DNA of 64,000 nt from Prochlorococcus sp. AG-436-E22 (lineage in GTDB: Bacteria > Cyanobacteriota > Cyanobacteriia > PCC-6307 > Cyanobiaceae). Position 1 is the stretch's first letter, and each line of letters opens with the position of its first letter. Both the position numbers and the translations under genes were made by a program. This document shows positions 9,911-19,854 of this stretch, in pieces. The notes below the pieces were generated by a model. It was not told where the DNA came from. It searched no databases and saw nothing but the letters and a program-made list of their open reading frames with translations. Where the stretch lies: assembly GCA_003212615.1 (NCBI GenBank), contig QCPG01000001.1, forward strand, positions 10,597 through 74,596. The letters run 5' to 3'.

Positions 9911-11959
9911 TTGATAAAAATCTCAATGGTTCATTCTATACACCCAAGAACTATTCAAGAGGTTAAGGAAAAGGCAGATATTGTTGAAGTTATATCTGAA
10001 CATATTGTTCTTAAGAAAAAAGGCAAGGAATTTGTAGGTATTTGCCCTTTTCATGATGATACAAAGCCCTCTATGACAGTATCACCAAGTAAACAATTCT
10101 ATTATTGTTTTTCTTGTGGTGCTGGAGGTAACTCTATTAAGTTTTTAATGGAATTTACTCGTGCTAATTTTTCTGATGTTGTACTTTCTCTTGCTAAGAA
10201 AAATAATATTAATGTTGAAAATCTTAAGGGCCCCCAAGTAGAAGCATATAAAAAACAATTATCTAGAAAAGAAGAACTTTATAAAATACTAAGAGTTACT
10301 AAAAATTGGTTTAAGTCTCAATTAAATAATTCTCTAGGTGTTGAAGCAATGAAATATTTGACATCTAAGAGAAATTTAAATAACAAAATTATTGATAACT
10401 TTGAATTAGGTTTTGCTCCAAATTCATGGAATGATTTATATAACTATCTATCAAAAGTAGAAAAATTTCCTATTAATCTTATTTTAGCTTCAGGTCTTGC
10501 CATTTCTAAGGATAATTCTGACAAGATTTATGATCGTTTTAGAAATAGATTAATTGTTCCAATACATGATATGCAGGGACGAGTAGTTGCTTTTGGAGGC
10601 AGATCTCTTGATGGCCAAGAACCTAAATATCTTAATTCACCTGAATCAGAGATATTTGAAAAGGGCAAAATACTTTTTGCATTTGAAAAAGCATCTAGCA
10701 ATATAAGAAAAAGAGATAAAGCTATTATTGTTGAAGGTTATTTTGATGTGATTTCTCTTCATTCAAGAGGTATTACTAATTCTGTGGCTTCTCTCGGTAC
10801 CGCATTAAATAAGTATCAAATTTCTCAACTATGTAGATGTACAGATAATAAAAATATAATCTTGAACTTTGATTCTGATAATGCAGGGATATTAGCTACA
10901 GAAAGAGTAATAAAAGAAGTGGAAAGTCTATCTCTTCATGATCAAATTAATCTTAAAATTCTTCAACTTAATGATTTTAAAGATCCTGACGAATATTTAA
11001 ATAGTCATACTCCAGAAGACTATTTTAATTTAATTGATAATTCATCCTTTTGGATTGACTGGGAGATAGATCAGATCTTTAACAATAAGGATTTAACTAA
11101 GTCTGATATTTTTCAGAGTGTTATTTTCTCATTAGTAAAGCTTTTGAGTAAATTACCTCAATCATCAACTAGAACCCATTATTTACAAAAAGTATCTGAA
11201 AGATTAAGTAAAGGTCAAGCTAGGTTGGCGATACAGTTCGAACAGGATTTAAGAAATCAAGTTAAAGGATTTCGTTGGCATGGTAGAGCAAAAAAATTTG
11301 AGCAACCAAATGAAGTTTCTCGTCGTGAGAAAAATGAATCTGAAATAATTATTTATTATCTACATTGTCCTAATCTTAGGCTCTTTATTCGTGATGAATT
11401 TCTCAAAAGAGAAATTAATGGTTTTAATACTGAGGTTATTCAAAAAGTATGGGAAGCTATTTCAATTATTGAAGAAAATAATTTGGGTTTAAATTATTTA
11501 ACTGAATTAAAACAATCAAATAATCAAATTCTTCAAAAAGATTTTTCTGATATTAACTTAATTTCACTTCTTCCAGATTACTTTGCTGTTGATAATTCTG
11601 AATCATCATCTAAAATTAATTTTTTTGTTAATCCGAATGAGTTGTTCTTAACAATGCTGAATAATCCCAAAGACAATTTACTTGGAACTTTATCACTTCT
11701 TGAGAGATATAATTCACTAAAAAGATGCAGGCACTTGATCGAATCTTGGGGATCTCAAAGATTAAAAACTTTAGAAAATTGCATATCTATCTTAATTGAT
11801 AATTCCTCTTCAGGTTCCTCAGATACCAATAAAGAGATAGATGATCTCTTTAAGGATTTAAACTCAGATGCGATTAAATTTCAGGAACTATATTATTTAG
11901 AAAGACAACATATAAACTTTTTAGACAAACAACGTTGTGGTAATTTCATTGCTAGTTAA
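9911..11959 (+). CDS. dnaG: DNA primase (start may be the ATG at 9926)
   Basis: Zn finger CPFH...CFSC, RFRNR, FGGR, KYLNSPE, TOPRIM VEGYFD and FDSDNAG, KDPD. Confidence 0.97.
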   Translation: MIKISMVHSIHPRTIQEVKEKADIVEVISEHIVLKKKGKEFVGICPFHDDTKPSMTVSPSKQFYYCFSCGAGGNSIKFLMEFTRANFSDVVLSLAKKNNINVENLKGPQVEAYKKQLSRKEELYKILRVTKNWFKSQLNNSLGVEAMKYLTSKRNLNNKIIDNFELGFAPNSWNDLYNYLSKVEKFPINLILASGLAISKDNSDKIYDRFRNRLIVPIHDMQGRVVAFGGRSLDGQEPKYLNSPESEIFEKGKILFAFEKASSNIRKRDKAIIVEGYFDVISLHSRGITNSVASLGTALNKYQISQLCRCTDNKNIILNFDSDNAGILATERVIKEVESLSLHDQINLKILQLNDFKDPDEYLNSHTPEDYFNLIDNSSFWIDWEIDQIFNNKDLTKSDIFQSVIFSLVKLLSKLPQSSTRTHYLQKVSERLSKGQARLAIQFEQDLRNQVKGFRWHGRAKKFEQPNEVSRREKNESEIIIYYLHCPNLRLFIRDEFLKREINGFNTEVIQKVWEAISIIEENNLGLNYLTELKQSNNQILQKDFSDINLISLLPDYFAVDNSESSSKINFFVNPNELFLTMLNNPKDNLLGTLSLLERYNSLKRCRHLIESWGSQRLKTLENCISILIDNSSSGSSDTNKEIDDLFKDLNSDAIKFQELYYLERQHINFLDKQRCGNFIAS

Positions 11960-11975
11960 AAGGTATATTTTTAAT

Positions 11976-12443
11976 TTATAGGCAGTATTTTTTAATAAGG
12001 TTTTTTACCTTTTTGGGTTTGTCTTCAAGAACATAAGCTTCTAATTCTTTTGCATAAGTTCCAGAAAAATTTGAAGTAGAGAACGCTAATGCTTTCTTCT
12101 TACTTTGATGTAATTTACTTTCTAATTTTTTTATATCTCCTACTGTTTTGTTGTTATTGCATTTTTGTATTGCATGAGTTGCTTCATGTCTTAATGCTTT
12201 TCTTATTGCCTGTTCTGTTTTGAAGTTGTTTTTATTTTGTTGTTGCTTTAGATTTCTATAATTTGTTTTCTTTTTTGCATTTTCAGTACAAATTATTATT
12301 TTATTTTCTTCAAAATTATGTAGTCCTTTAATATTTTTATTTAAGAGACACTCAACTTTATTTTCCTCAACGATGTAATTCGCCTTCGTCAATAAGTCAA
12401 GAATCTCTTTATCTAATTTGCTTAAAAATATTATAAATTCCAT
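11976..12443 (-). CDS. Hypothetical protein with HExxH motif (putative zinc metallopeptidase)
   Basis: ALRHEATHAIQKC followed by ELEAY; starts 9 nt after umuC stop on same strand. Confidence 0.65.
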   Translation of the reverse strand: MEFIIFLSKLDKEILDLLTKANYIVEENKVECLLNKNIKGLHNFEENKIIICTENAKKKTNYRNLKQQQNKNNFKTEQAIRKALRHEATHAIQKCNNNKTVGDIKKLESKLHQSKKKALAFSTSNFSGTYAKELEAYVLEDKPKKVKNLIKKYCL

Positions 12444-12452
12444 TTTAATTTT

Positions 12453-13739
12453 TTACTTTACTATAGTTGGTATCTGCTTGATATCGGTTGTAGATGAGCG
12501 ACTTAAGAAATTCTTATTCATCGACCAACTTTGTGGCTTTTTTGTGATCGCCCATGTAATTGCATTGTTATTAAATCTTTTATTTAAGAAATCAATCGTT
12601 CTCATAAGATTGGTTGATTTTTTAAGTTCTTTCTGAGATTTGTAATTGATAACTGATTTCTGTAAATATGCGCTATTAGTTAAATCCTGCATTAAAACAC
12701 CAGCTTTTGAAAATTTATATTCGGGATTATAAATTTCTTTAGATAATGCTACTACTATTTTTAAAATACTATTTGTGTCGTTTGTCGCATTTGTAAGTTT
12801 TCTATGAGCACTGCTTTGGTAGTTTTGATTTGAATATTTACTGGTTTTGGCAAATACTCTAATATTCGATGACCGCAAATTTTGACTTCTCATTTTTTCA
12901 GATGCTTTTATTGCGTGAGTGGCCAGTGCTTGAGTTAAGTCTTCTAATTTTGTGACAGGCATACCGAAACTCCTGCTTACCTGAATTTCTTTTTTTGATT
13001 TTTTATTTTGTTCTATAGGCAGACATTTATGACCTTTCAGTTCTAATTGCAATCTTTTCCCTACGATGCCTAGTTTCTTGATGACTTCATTTTCTTCCAT
13101 ATCTCTTAATTCTCTAGCATTTTTAATACCTTTACTTTGTAACCAATTAGAGGTTTGTTTCCCGACTCCCCATATCTTATCTACACTAACTCTTTTTAAA
13201 TAATTATTCTCATTTCTGCTTATAGCTAAATCAAATATTCCAGCTGAATAATCAATATTTTTAGCTAATTTATTAGCAATTTTTGCTCTTACTTTATTTT
13301 CTCCTATCCCTACTGTTATGGTAATCCCTAGATTTTGATATATTAATGATCTTATGCTTCTTGCCCAAGGATATAGATTTTTATCATTAGGTCTAAAAAT
13401 AGATATAAATGCTTCATCAATAGAATAAATCTCTATCTGTTGACAGCAGTTTTTTAGTAAATTCATTAGTCTTTTACTCATATCGCCGTAAAGTGAGTAG
13501 TTTGAGCTTAAAACTGCTACATCTAATTTATTTAATCTTTCTTTGACCTTAAAATACGGAGTTCCCATTTTAATTTTTAGAGCACGCGCTTCAGGACTTC
13601 TCGCAATGATACATCCGTCATTATTAGATAAAATTACTACTGGTTTATTTCTTAAATGAGGATTAATAGTTTGTTCGCATGAAGCGTAAAAATTATTAGC
13701 ATCTATAAGAGCTATCGCCTCAACACTTGAAATTTTCAT
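12453..13739 (-). CDS. umuC: Y-family DNA polymerase UmuC (Pol V catalytic subunit)
   Basis: LIDANNFYASCE, LSNNDGC, SSNYSLYGDMS, YSIDEAF, C-terminal W.M....LS. Confidence 0.95.
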   Translation of the reverse strand: MKISSVEAIALIDANNFYASCEQTINPHLRNKPVVILSNNDGCIIARSPEARALKIKMGTPYFKVKERLNKLDVAVLSSNYSLYGDMSKRLMNLLKNCCQQIEIYSIDEAFISIFRPNDKNLYPWARSIRSLIYQNLGITITVGIGENKVRAKIANKLAKNIDYSAGIFDLAISRNENNYLKRVSVDKIWGVGKQTSNWLQSKGIKNARELRDMEENEVIKKLGIVGKRLQLELKGHKCLPIEQNKKSKKEIQVSRSFGMPVTKLEDLTQALATHAIKASEKMRSQNLRSSNIRVFAKTSKYSNQNYQSSAHRKLTNATNDTNSILKIVVALSKEIYNPEYKFSKAGVLMQDLTNSAYLQKSVINYKSQKELKKSTNLMRTIDFLNKRFNNNAITWAITKKPQSWSMNKNFLSRSSTTDIKQIPTIVK

Positions 13740-14152
13740 AAATAGCTATGTATTGAATAAATGACAACTCCCCATATCTGTACATCAATATGGTTTTTAA
13801 ATCTAAAATCAGGATAATTATGATTTTCTGCTTTTAAATATAATTCATTATTTTTTATAGATAATCTTTTTATTGTAAATTCCCCGTCTATCATTGCAAT
13901 GATAATATTCCCTGGCTTGGGCGTTAAACTCTTGTCTACTATTATTAAATCTTTATCTTTAATTCCTGCATTTATCATTGAATCGCCTTTAACTCTAAGA
14001 AAAAAAGTGCTAAACGGATTAGATATTAAATGTTCATTTAAATCAATATTTTCTTCTGTATAGTCATCTGCGGGAGAAGGAAATCCTGCTGATACTGAAT
14101 CAGTTAATAAGGGAATTTTAAACTTTTTAATAGCTGAATCAAAGGAATCCAA
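13736..14152 (-). CDS. umuD: UmuD (S24 family autopeptidase)
   Basis: Cleavage site VSAGFPSPA, catalytic Ser in GDSM and Lys in FTIKRL; ATGA overlap with umuC. Confidence 0.95.
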   Translation of the reverse strand: MDSFDSAIKKFKIPLLTDSVSAGFPSPADDYTEENIDLNEHLISNPFSTFFLRVKGDSMINAGIKDKDLIIVDKSLTPKPGNIIIAMIDGEFTIKRLSIKNNELYLKAENHNYPDFRFKNHIDVQIWGVVIYSIHSYL

Positions 14153-14164
14153 GACTTAGGCTGA

Positions 14165-14180
14165 TAGTATATATGTACTA
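14165..14180. promoter_or_regulatory. LexA (SOS) box upstream of umuD
   Basis: TAGTATATATGTACTA, one mismatch from the picocyanobacterial LexA palindrome TAGTACA-N2-TGTACTA; 12 nt upstream of umuD start. Confidence 0.85.
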
Positions 14181-14249
14181 TACAACAAAAGCTGGAAAGT
14201 AGTTGGTTGTTAAATTTTATGTATTAATTTTAGATTAAATCTAATCTTA

Positions 14250-14666
14250 TTAAGAACGATGGTAAGGGGAGTTGGTAGATATGGAAATAGCCCTATAGAT
14301 TTGCTCAATTAAAATTAATCTAGCTAATTCATGAGGAAAAGTTAAAGGAGAGAGACTTAGTAGAAGATCAGATTTATTCTTTATATTTGAGCTAATCCCA
14401 TCTGTATCTCCGATTAAGAAACTAATTTTTTTATTTTTAAAATTTAAAAGTAAAGAAGATAGTTCTACTGAATTAAACTGCTTGCCTTCTTCACTTAGGC
14501 AGATAATAATATTATTATTAGATCTAAGATTATTTATATTAAAAGTCTTTAACTCATTGATGATAAGTTCAGGCATTCTTTTTTTATATTGATTAATTCC
14601 ATCTCTAATCCAAATTTTCTTTATTTTGCCGATAGCATAAATTGTTAATCTATTACTTTGAAGCAT
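14250..14666 (-). CDS. rlmH: 23S rRNA (pseudouridine-1915-N3)-methyltransferase RlmH
   Basis: [35 protein letters not shown]. Confidence 0.93.
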   Translation of the reverse strand: MLQSNRLTIYAIGKIKKIWIRDGINQYKKRMPELIINELKTFNINNLRSNNNIIICLSEEGKQFNSVELSSLLLNFKNKKISFLIGDTDGISSNIKNKSDLLLSLSPLTFPHELARLILIEQIYRAISISTNSPYHRS

Positions 14667-14685
14667 AAGAAAATATTAAATTTAA

Positions 14686-15018
14686 TTATTCATCAAGAAG
14701 ATAATTAAATTCATCATACAGTTCCTCTTCAGTTGTTAATTTCTTAGAATAATTAGGTTTTCTAGAATTCATATTAATTTGATTAAGCTCACTTTTTCTT
14801 AGTGAATGATTAACGTTAGAAGTTTCGTCTAGAGATTGTGTATTGTCGATTAATGAATAAAAAATTTTATTGGGATCTTCCGATTTAAGTGTGTTTTTGG
14901 TTGAATTATCGTTGTGATCTATTTTTGAATAATTACTTACATTAATATTATTGTTATTTAAATTTTTATTTTCTTTATATTTATTGAGTTTATCTAAATT
15001 TTCTTTTGATAAGCTCAT
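14686..15018 (-). CDS. Hypothetical protein, N-rich, acidic C-terminus
   Basis: 110-aa ORF between rsmA and rlmH; DPNKIFYSLID and EEELYDEFNYLLDE segments. Confidence 0.65.
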   Translation of the reverse strand: MSLSKENLDKLNKYKENKNLNNNNINVSNYSKIDHNDNSTKNTLKSEDPNKIFYSLIDNTQSLDETSNVNHSLRKSELNQINMNSRKPNYSKKLTTEEELYDEFNYLLDE

Positions 15019-15075
15019 GATATAAAGTATTAAATAAATTCATAATTTAATTTAAACATATTATTTATCTTTTAG

Positions 15076-15900
15076 ATGAATTCTAAAAACTATCATCAAA
15101 AAAAAAGATTTGGACAACACTGGTTGGTAAATAAAAAAATATTAGAAAAAATTAAAGAAATTGCTGTTCTTAATAAAAATGACTTTATTTTAGAAATTGG
15201 TCCAGGAAAAGGTTCTTTAACATCTAAGTTATTAGATTCAGAAATTAAAAAATTACATGCGATTGAATTAGATAAAGATTTAATAAATTTATTAAATGAT
15301 AAATTCAATAATAATGATAAGTTTTCACTTCAGCAGGGAGATATTCTTTCTGTAAATTTAGATTCGGTTAATAAGAAAATTACAAAAGTGATTGCAAATA
15401 TTCCTTACAATATAACTGGCCCAATATTGGATATTTTCATAGGGCGATTGGGCATTATAAGAAACTATAATTACGAAAAAATAATTTTTTTAATGCAGAA
15501 AGACGTTGTAGATAGGATTTTGTCAAAAGAAGGTAGCCCCAATGCTGGTGCGCTTAGTATAAGAATGCAACTCTTATCAAAAATAAAAAAAATTTGCGAT
15601 GTACCTCCTTCATCATTTAGTCCGCCTCCAAAAGTTTTTTCTTCTTTAGTAGTTTTCGAACCAATTAAAAATGATTTAAGATTAGACATTAGTCTAGAAA
15701 AATATATAGATAGACTTCTCCGAATTTCATTTAATTCAAGAAGAAAAATGCTTAGAAATACTCTTAATTCAATACTCTCAAATGAAGAGATAAATGAATT
15801 GTCTGAATCTTCAAAAGTTTGTTTTAATTTAAGACCACAAGATATTTCAATTGACCAATGGATTAAGCTTGCAGAAAATTGTATTAAAATTAAAAAATAA
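15076..15900 (+). CDS. rsmA: 16S rRNA m6,2A1518/1519 dimethyltransferase RsmA/KsgA
   Basis: [39 protein letters not shown]. Confidence 0.97.
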   Translation: MNSKNYHQKKRFGQHWLVNKKILEKIKEIAVLNKNDFILEIGPGKGSLTSKLLDSEIKKLHAIELDKDLINLLNDKFNNNDKFSLQQGDILSVNLDSVNKKITKVIANIPYNITGPILDIFIGRLGIIRNYNYEKIIFLMQKDVVDRILSKEGSPNAGALSIRMQLLSKIKKICDVPPSSFSPPPKVFSSLVVFEPIKNDLRLDISLEKYIDRLLRISFNSRRKMLRNTLNSILSNEEINELSESSKVCFNLRPQDISIDQWIKLAENCIKIKK

Positions 15901-15912
15901 AAATTTAAGTAT

Positions 15913-16854
15913 ATGCAAGATTTAGCTAAAACAAAAATTATTATAAAATCTCCTGCCAAAATAAATTTGCACCTTGAAGTTATTGGTAAAAGAGACGATG
16001 GATTCCATGAGTTAGCAATGATTATGCAAAATATTGATCTTTCTGATTATTTAGAATTTCAAATTAATAATGAAGGTTTAATTAAACTTGAATCTGATTG
16101 TAATGATTTAAGCTTATCTAGTGATAACTTAATTATTAAATCGGCAAATCTATTAAGGAAAAAATTAAATATAGATTTCGGTGCGAATATATTTTTAAGA
16201 AAAAATATTCCAATTGGTGCAGGATTAGCTGGTGGATCCAGTAATGCAGCAGCAACATTAATTGGTCTTAATAAACTATGGAACTTAGACCTGGATCAAA
16301 ATAAATTATGTTCATTAGCATCAACTTTAGGATCTGATATTCCCTTTTTTATAGATGGTGGTATTCAATTATGTTTTGGAAGAGGTGAAATTTTGGAGAA
16401 ATTAGATTCAAACTTTGAATATGGGGTCCTTCTTTTAAAAAATCCAAATGTATCAGTATCTACTGCTGAAACTTATAAAAAATATAGTAATAGATTTTGT
16501 GATGAATATCTTACTCTTACGAGTAGAGAAATGATTGAGAACAAAAGAAAAAATTTAAGAGATAATGGTTTAAATAACTTAAATTTTGATAATCTACATT
16601 TAACTATAAAAAATGATTTGCAGTTAGTTGTTGAAAATGACAATGATTCTGTAAAGCAGGCATTAGATTTACTATCTAAATTAGAGAATTGTCTGACATT
16701 TTCAATGAGTGGATCAGGCCCTACATGCTTTGCACTCTTTAAAGATGTAGAGACGGCTGAAAAGGAATTCAAGGCAAATTATAAATTATTTAAAGATAAA
16801 GGTTATGATTCATGGGTTTGTAATTTACTTGAAAAGGGAATAACATTCATTTGA
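15913..16854 (+). CDS. ispE: 4-(CDP)-2-C-methyl-D-erythritol kinase
   Basis: PAKINLHL, KNIPIGAGLAGGSSNAA, GSDIPFF, MSGSGPT. Confidence 0.97.
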   Translation: MQDLAKTKIIIKSPAKINLHLEVIGKRDDGFHELAMIMQNIDLSDYLEFQINNEGLIKLESDCNDLSLSSDNLIIKSANLLRKKLNIDFGANIFLRKNIPIGAGLAGGSSNAAATLIGLNKLWNLDLDQNKLCSLASTLGSDIPFFIDGGIQLCFGRGEILEKLDSNFEYGVLLLKNPNVSVSTAETYKKYSNRFCDEYLTLTSREMIENKRKNLRDNGLNNLNFDNLHLTIKNDLQLVVENDNDSVKQALDLLSKLENCLTFSMSGSGPTCFALFKDVETAEKEFKANYKLFKDKGYDSWVCNLLEKGITFI

Positions 16855-16863
16855 ATTTTTACT

Positions 16864-17196
16864 ATGAACAAAAATAAAATTGTGTCTGAAAATACTAAAA
16901 ATAAAAACAGTGAGAATATCGTAGATAATATTCCGGAAAAAGGTCCATTAAATTTTATAGTTGGCTCAATAACTAGTTTTTTATTATTTATCTTTTTTTA
17001 TTTTCTTAGTAATAAAATTGCAATTTATTTTTCTCTACATAAACCATCTAATTCTTCTGAAATAGTACAAAATATTTCTTCTAGTATTAATACTTTAATA
17101 ATTGGATTATCTTTTTTGCTAACTTTCTCTTTCGCATTTATAGGAATTGGCCTTTTCATTGTATTTATTCGCAGTTTTTTTATGAAGAAAAATTGA
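16864..17196 (+). CDS. DUF3082-like membrane protein
   Basis: KGPL motif, two TM helices; conserved position after ispE. Confidence 0.7.
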   Translation: MNKNKIVSENTKNKNSENIVDNIPEKGPLNFIVGSITSFLLFIFFYFLSNKIAIYFSLHKPSNSSEIVQNISSSINTLIIGLSFLLTFSFAFIGIGLFIVFIRSFFMKKN

Positions 17197-17230
17197 ATTA
17201 CCAATATTATAAATAAAACACTTTATTTGA

Positions 17231-17326
17231 ATGTCTTTACATGACCTAGGTCTTTTAATTCTTTTGCTCTCACCTGGAATGATTTTGTCAATATTACTAC
17301 TTATAACCTTTGCAGAAGGAGGATAA
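17231..17326 (+). CDS. Small (31 aa) single-TM protein, not in ORF track
   Basis: ATG 17231 to TAA 17324-17326: MSLHDLGLLILLLSPGMILSILLLITFAEGG. Confidence 0.6.
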   Translation: MSLHDLGLLILLLSPGMILSILLLITFAEGG

Positions 17327-17374
17327 ATTAACCAAAATGGTAAGATTATAATGTGATTAATTAGGTAGTTAATT

Positions 17375-18358
17375 GTGGCTGGAACATTATTGTTTAATGC
17401 TTTGAGAGAGGCAATTGATGAAGAAATGGCAAATGATGTTAATGTTTGCGTTATGGGAGAAGATGTTGGTCAATATGGAGGTTCTTATAAGGTAACTAAG
17501 GATTTATATGAAAAATATGGTGAATTACGAGTTTTAGATACTCCAATTGCAGAAAATAGTTTTACGGGTATGGCTGTAGGTGCTGCAATGACTGGGCTAA
17601 GACCAATAGTAGAAGGTATGAATATGGGATTTTTGCTTTTAGCCTTTAATCAAATATCCAATAATATGGGAATGCTTAGATATACAAGTGGAGGTAATTA
17701 TAAGATACCCGCAGTAGTTCGCGGCCCAGGAGGAGTTGGTCGACAACTAGGTGCTGAACATAGTCAAAGACTTGAGGCATATTTTCATGCAGTTCCTGGA
17801 ATAAAAATTGTTGCTTGTAGTACCCCCACAAATGCTAAAGGTTTAATGAAAGCGGCTATAAGAGATGATAATCCGGTACTTTTTTTTGAACATGTATTAC
17901 TATACAACTTGTCTGAAGAATTGCCTGAGGGAGACTATACCTGCGCCTTAGACCAAGCTGATGTCGTAAAAGAAGGAAAAGATATTACTTTATTAACATA
18001 TTCAAGAATGAGACATCACTGCCTTAAAGCCGTTGAAGAATTAGATAAAAAAGGAATAGATGTTGAGTTAATTGATTTGATAAGTTTAAAGCCATTTGAT
18101 ATGGAAACCATCGCAAAATCAATAAGAAAAACAAATAAAGTAATTATTGTTGAAGAATGTATGAAGACTGGAGGTATTGGTGCAGAATTAATTGCCTTGA
18201 TAACAGAAGAGTGTTTCGATGATCTTGATGCACGACCAATTAGGTTATCTAGTCAAGATATCCCAACTCCATATAATGGAAATCTTGAGAATTTGACAAT
18301 AATCCAGCCTCATCAAATAGTTGAAAAAGTTGATGATTTAATAAGTGGGAGTATATAG
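17375..18358 (+). CDS. pdhB: Pyruvate dehydrogenase E1 beta subunit
   Basis: [34 protein letters not shown]. Confidence 0.97.
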   Translation: MAGTLLFNALREAIDEEMANDVNVCVMGEDVGQYGGSYKVTKDLYEKYGELRVLDTPIAENSFTGMAVGAAMTGLRPIVEGMNMGFLLLAFNQISNNMGMLRYTSGGNYKIPAVVRGPGGVGRQLGAEHSQRLEAYFHAVPGIKIVACSTPTNAKGLMKAAIRDDNPVLFFEHVLLYNLSEELPEGDYTCALDQADVVKEGKDITLLTYSRMRHHCLKAVEELDKKGIDVELIDLISLKPFDMETIAKSIRKTNKVIIVEECMKTGGIGAELIALITEECFDDLDARPIRLSSQDIPTPYNGNLENLTIIQPHQIVEKVDDLISGSI

Positions 18359-18361
18359 TCA

Positions 18362-19831
18362 ATGAGAAAAAGGCAAGGCTGGCTTTTTTTTATAATTTTA
18401 CTACTTACTTTATCTATATATTTATTAATAAATTACCCATTACAGTTGGGATTAGATTTAAAAGGAGGTTCTCAGCTTACGCTACAAATTATTAAAGAGG
18501 AAGGAAATGTCACAAAGGATGAACTTGAAGCAGTTAATGCGGTTATTGATAGGCGAGTTAATAATTTAGGTGTTTCCGAGTCTAACTTACAAACCCTTGG
18601 TGGAGATCAATTGATTTTGGAATTGCCTGGTGAGCAGAATCCTTTAGTTGCTTCAAGAGCTTTAGGTAGGACTGCTTTACTTGAATTTAGAACTCAAAAA
18701 GAAGGAACATCTGAGGATTTAAAAGAATTGAATTTTCAAAAATCGAAGATTGAAGAATTAATTAAAGTATATTCCTCTGCAGAAAAAAATCTAAAAGGAA
18801 ATGAATTCTTAATTACTATTCAGGATCGACTTAAGGAAATCGAACAAAAATTAAATTATTCAGTCAATAGTAAAGATTTATATGGAAAATTAATTGAAAT
18901 TAAAAAATATGTTGACAAAGAAATTACAAATTTATTTATCACAACAGATTTATCTGGCAAGGATCTTATTAACGCAGGAAGGAGACAAGAACAAACAAAT
19001 AACAATTGGGAAGTATTACTAACTTTTAGTAATTCAGGGGGCGATAAATTTGCCGAAATCACTAAATCAATTGCTGGCACTAATCAACTATTGGCTATTA
19101 TTCTTGATGGGGAATCTATAAGTGAAGCAAGTGTTGGAAGCCAGTTTGCGAATACTGGTATTACAGGTGGATTAGCAACAATTAGTGGTAGTTTTACTGC
19201 TGAAGATGCTAAAGAATTAGAAGTTGCTCTTAAAGGTGGTTCATTGCCATTGCCCATTGAAATAGTGGAAACTAACACAATAGGTGCTCAGTTGGGGTCT
19301 AATAATATTTTAAAAAGTCTTTATGCAGCTATTGGTGGATTAGTTTTTGTTGGTATATTTATGATTTTCAATTATAGAATTTTAGGTTTTGTCTCAGTTC
19401 TATCTCTAGTACTTTATGGTTTCTTTAATTTAGCTCTGTATTCTTTAATTCCTGTAACTTTAACTTTACCAGGAATATCTGGTCTTATACTAAGTATTGG
19501 TATGGCAGTTGATGCAAATATTCTGATATTTGAGAGAATTAGAGAAGAATTATATGATGGTAATACTTTAACAAGATCTATTGATAGCGGTTTTGAAAGA
19601 GCTAATTCATCAATAGTTGATGGCCACATTACTACTCTTCTAAGCTGTTTTGTATTGTTTTTATTAGGAACAAATTTTGTTAAGGGTTTTGCTGCAACTC
19701 TAGGTATTGGAGTTTTAATAAGTTTATTTACATCGTTAAATTGTTCTAAAACTCTTTTGCGATTTTTTACAACATATCAATCTTTAAGACAAAAACATCT
19801 TTACCTACCAAGGAACAAGTTTTCTAATTGA
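18362..19831 (+). CDS. secD: Protein translocase subunit SecD
   Basis: LGLDLKGG, RRVNNLGVSE, IGMAVDANILIFERIREE, VKGFA. Confidence 0.97.
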   Translation: MRKRQGWLFFIILLLTLSIYLLINYPLQLGLDLKGGSQLTLQIIKEEGNVTKDELEAVNAVIDRRVNNLGVSESNLQTLGGDQLILELPGEQNPLVASRALGRTALLEFRTQKEGTSEDLKELNFQKSKIEELIKVYSSAEKNLKGNEFLITIQDRLKEIEQKLNYSVNSKDLYGKLIEIKKYVDKEITNLFITTDLSGKDLINAGRRQEQTNNNWEVLLTFSNSGGDKFAEITKSIAGTNQLLAIILDGESISEASVGSQFANTGITGGLATISGSFTAEDAKELEVALKGGSLPLPIEIVETNTIGAQLGSNNILKSLYAAIGGLVFVGIFMIFNYRILGFVSVLSLVLYGFFNLALYSLIPVTLTLPGISGLILSIGMAVDANILIFERIREELYDGNTLTRSIDSGFERANSSIVDGHITTLLSCFVLFLLGTNFVKGFAATLGIGVLISLFTSLNCSKTLLRFFTTYQSLRQKHLYLPRNKFSN

Positions 19832-19854
19832 AATTTTTTATTTCTAATCTTTCC

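Noticed and set aside
12453-14152. umuDC as cargo of a mobile element
   Set aside because: No integrase, relaxase, direct repeats or composition shift; flanked by dnaG and rlmH housekeeping genes.
16510-16521. Short tandem CTTACT-CTTACG in ispE (LTLT)
   Set aside because: At most an in-frame 2-aa duplication in a variable region; no functional implication supportable.
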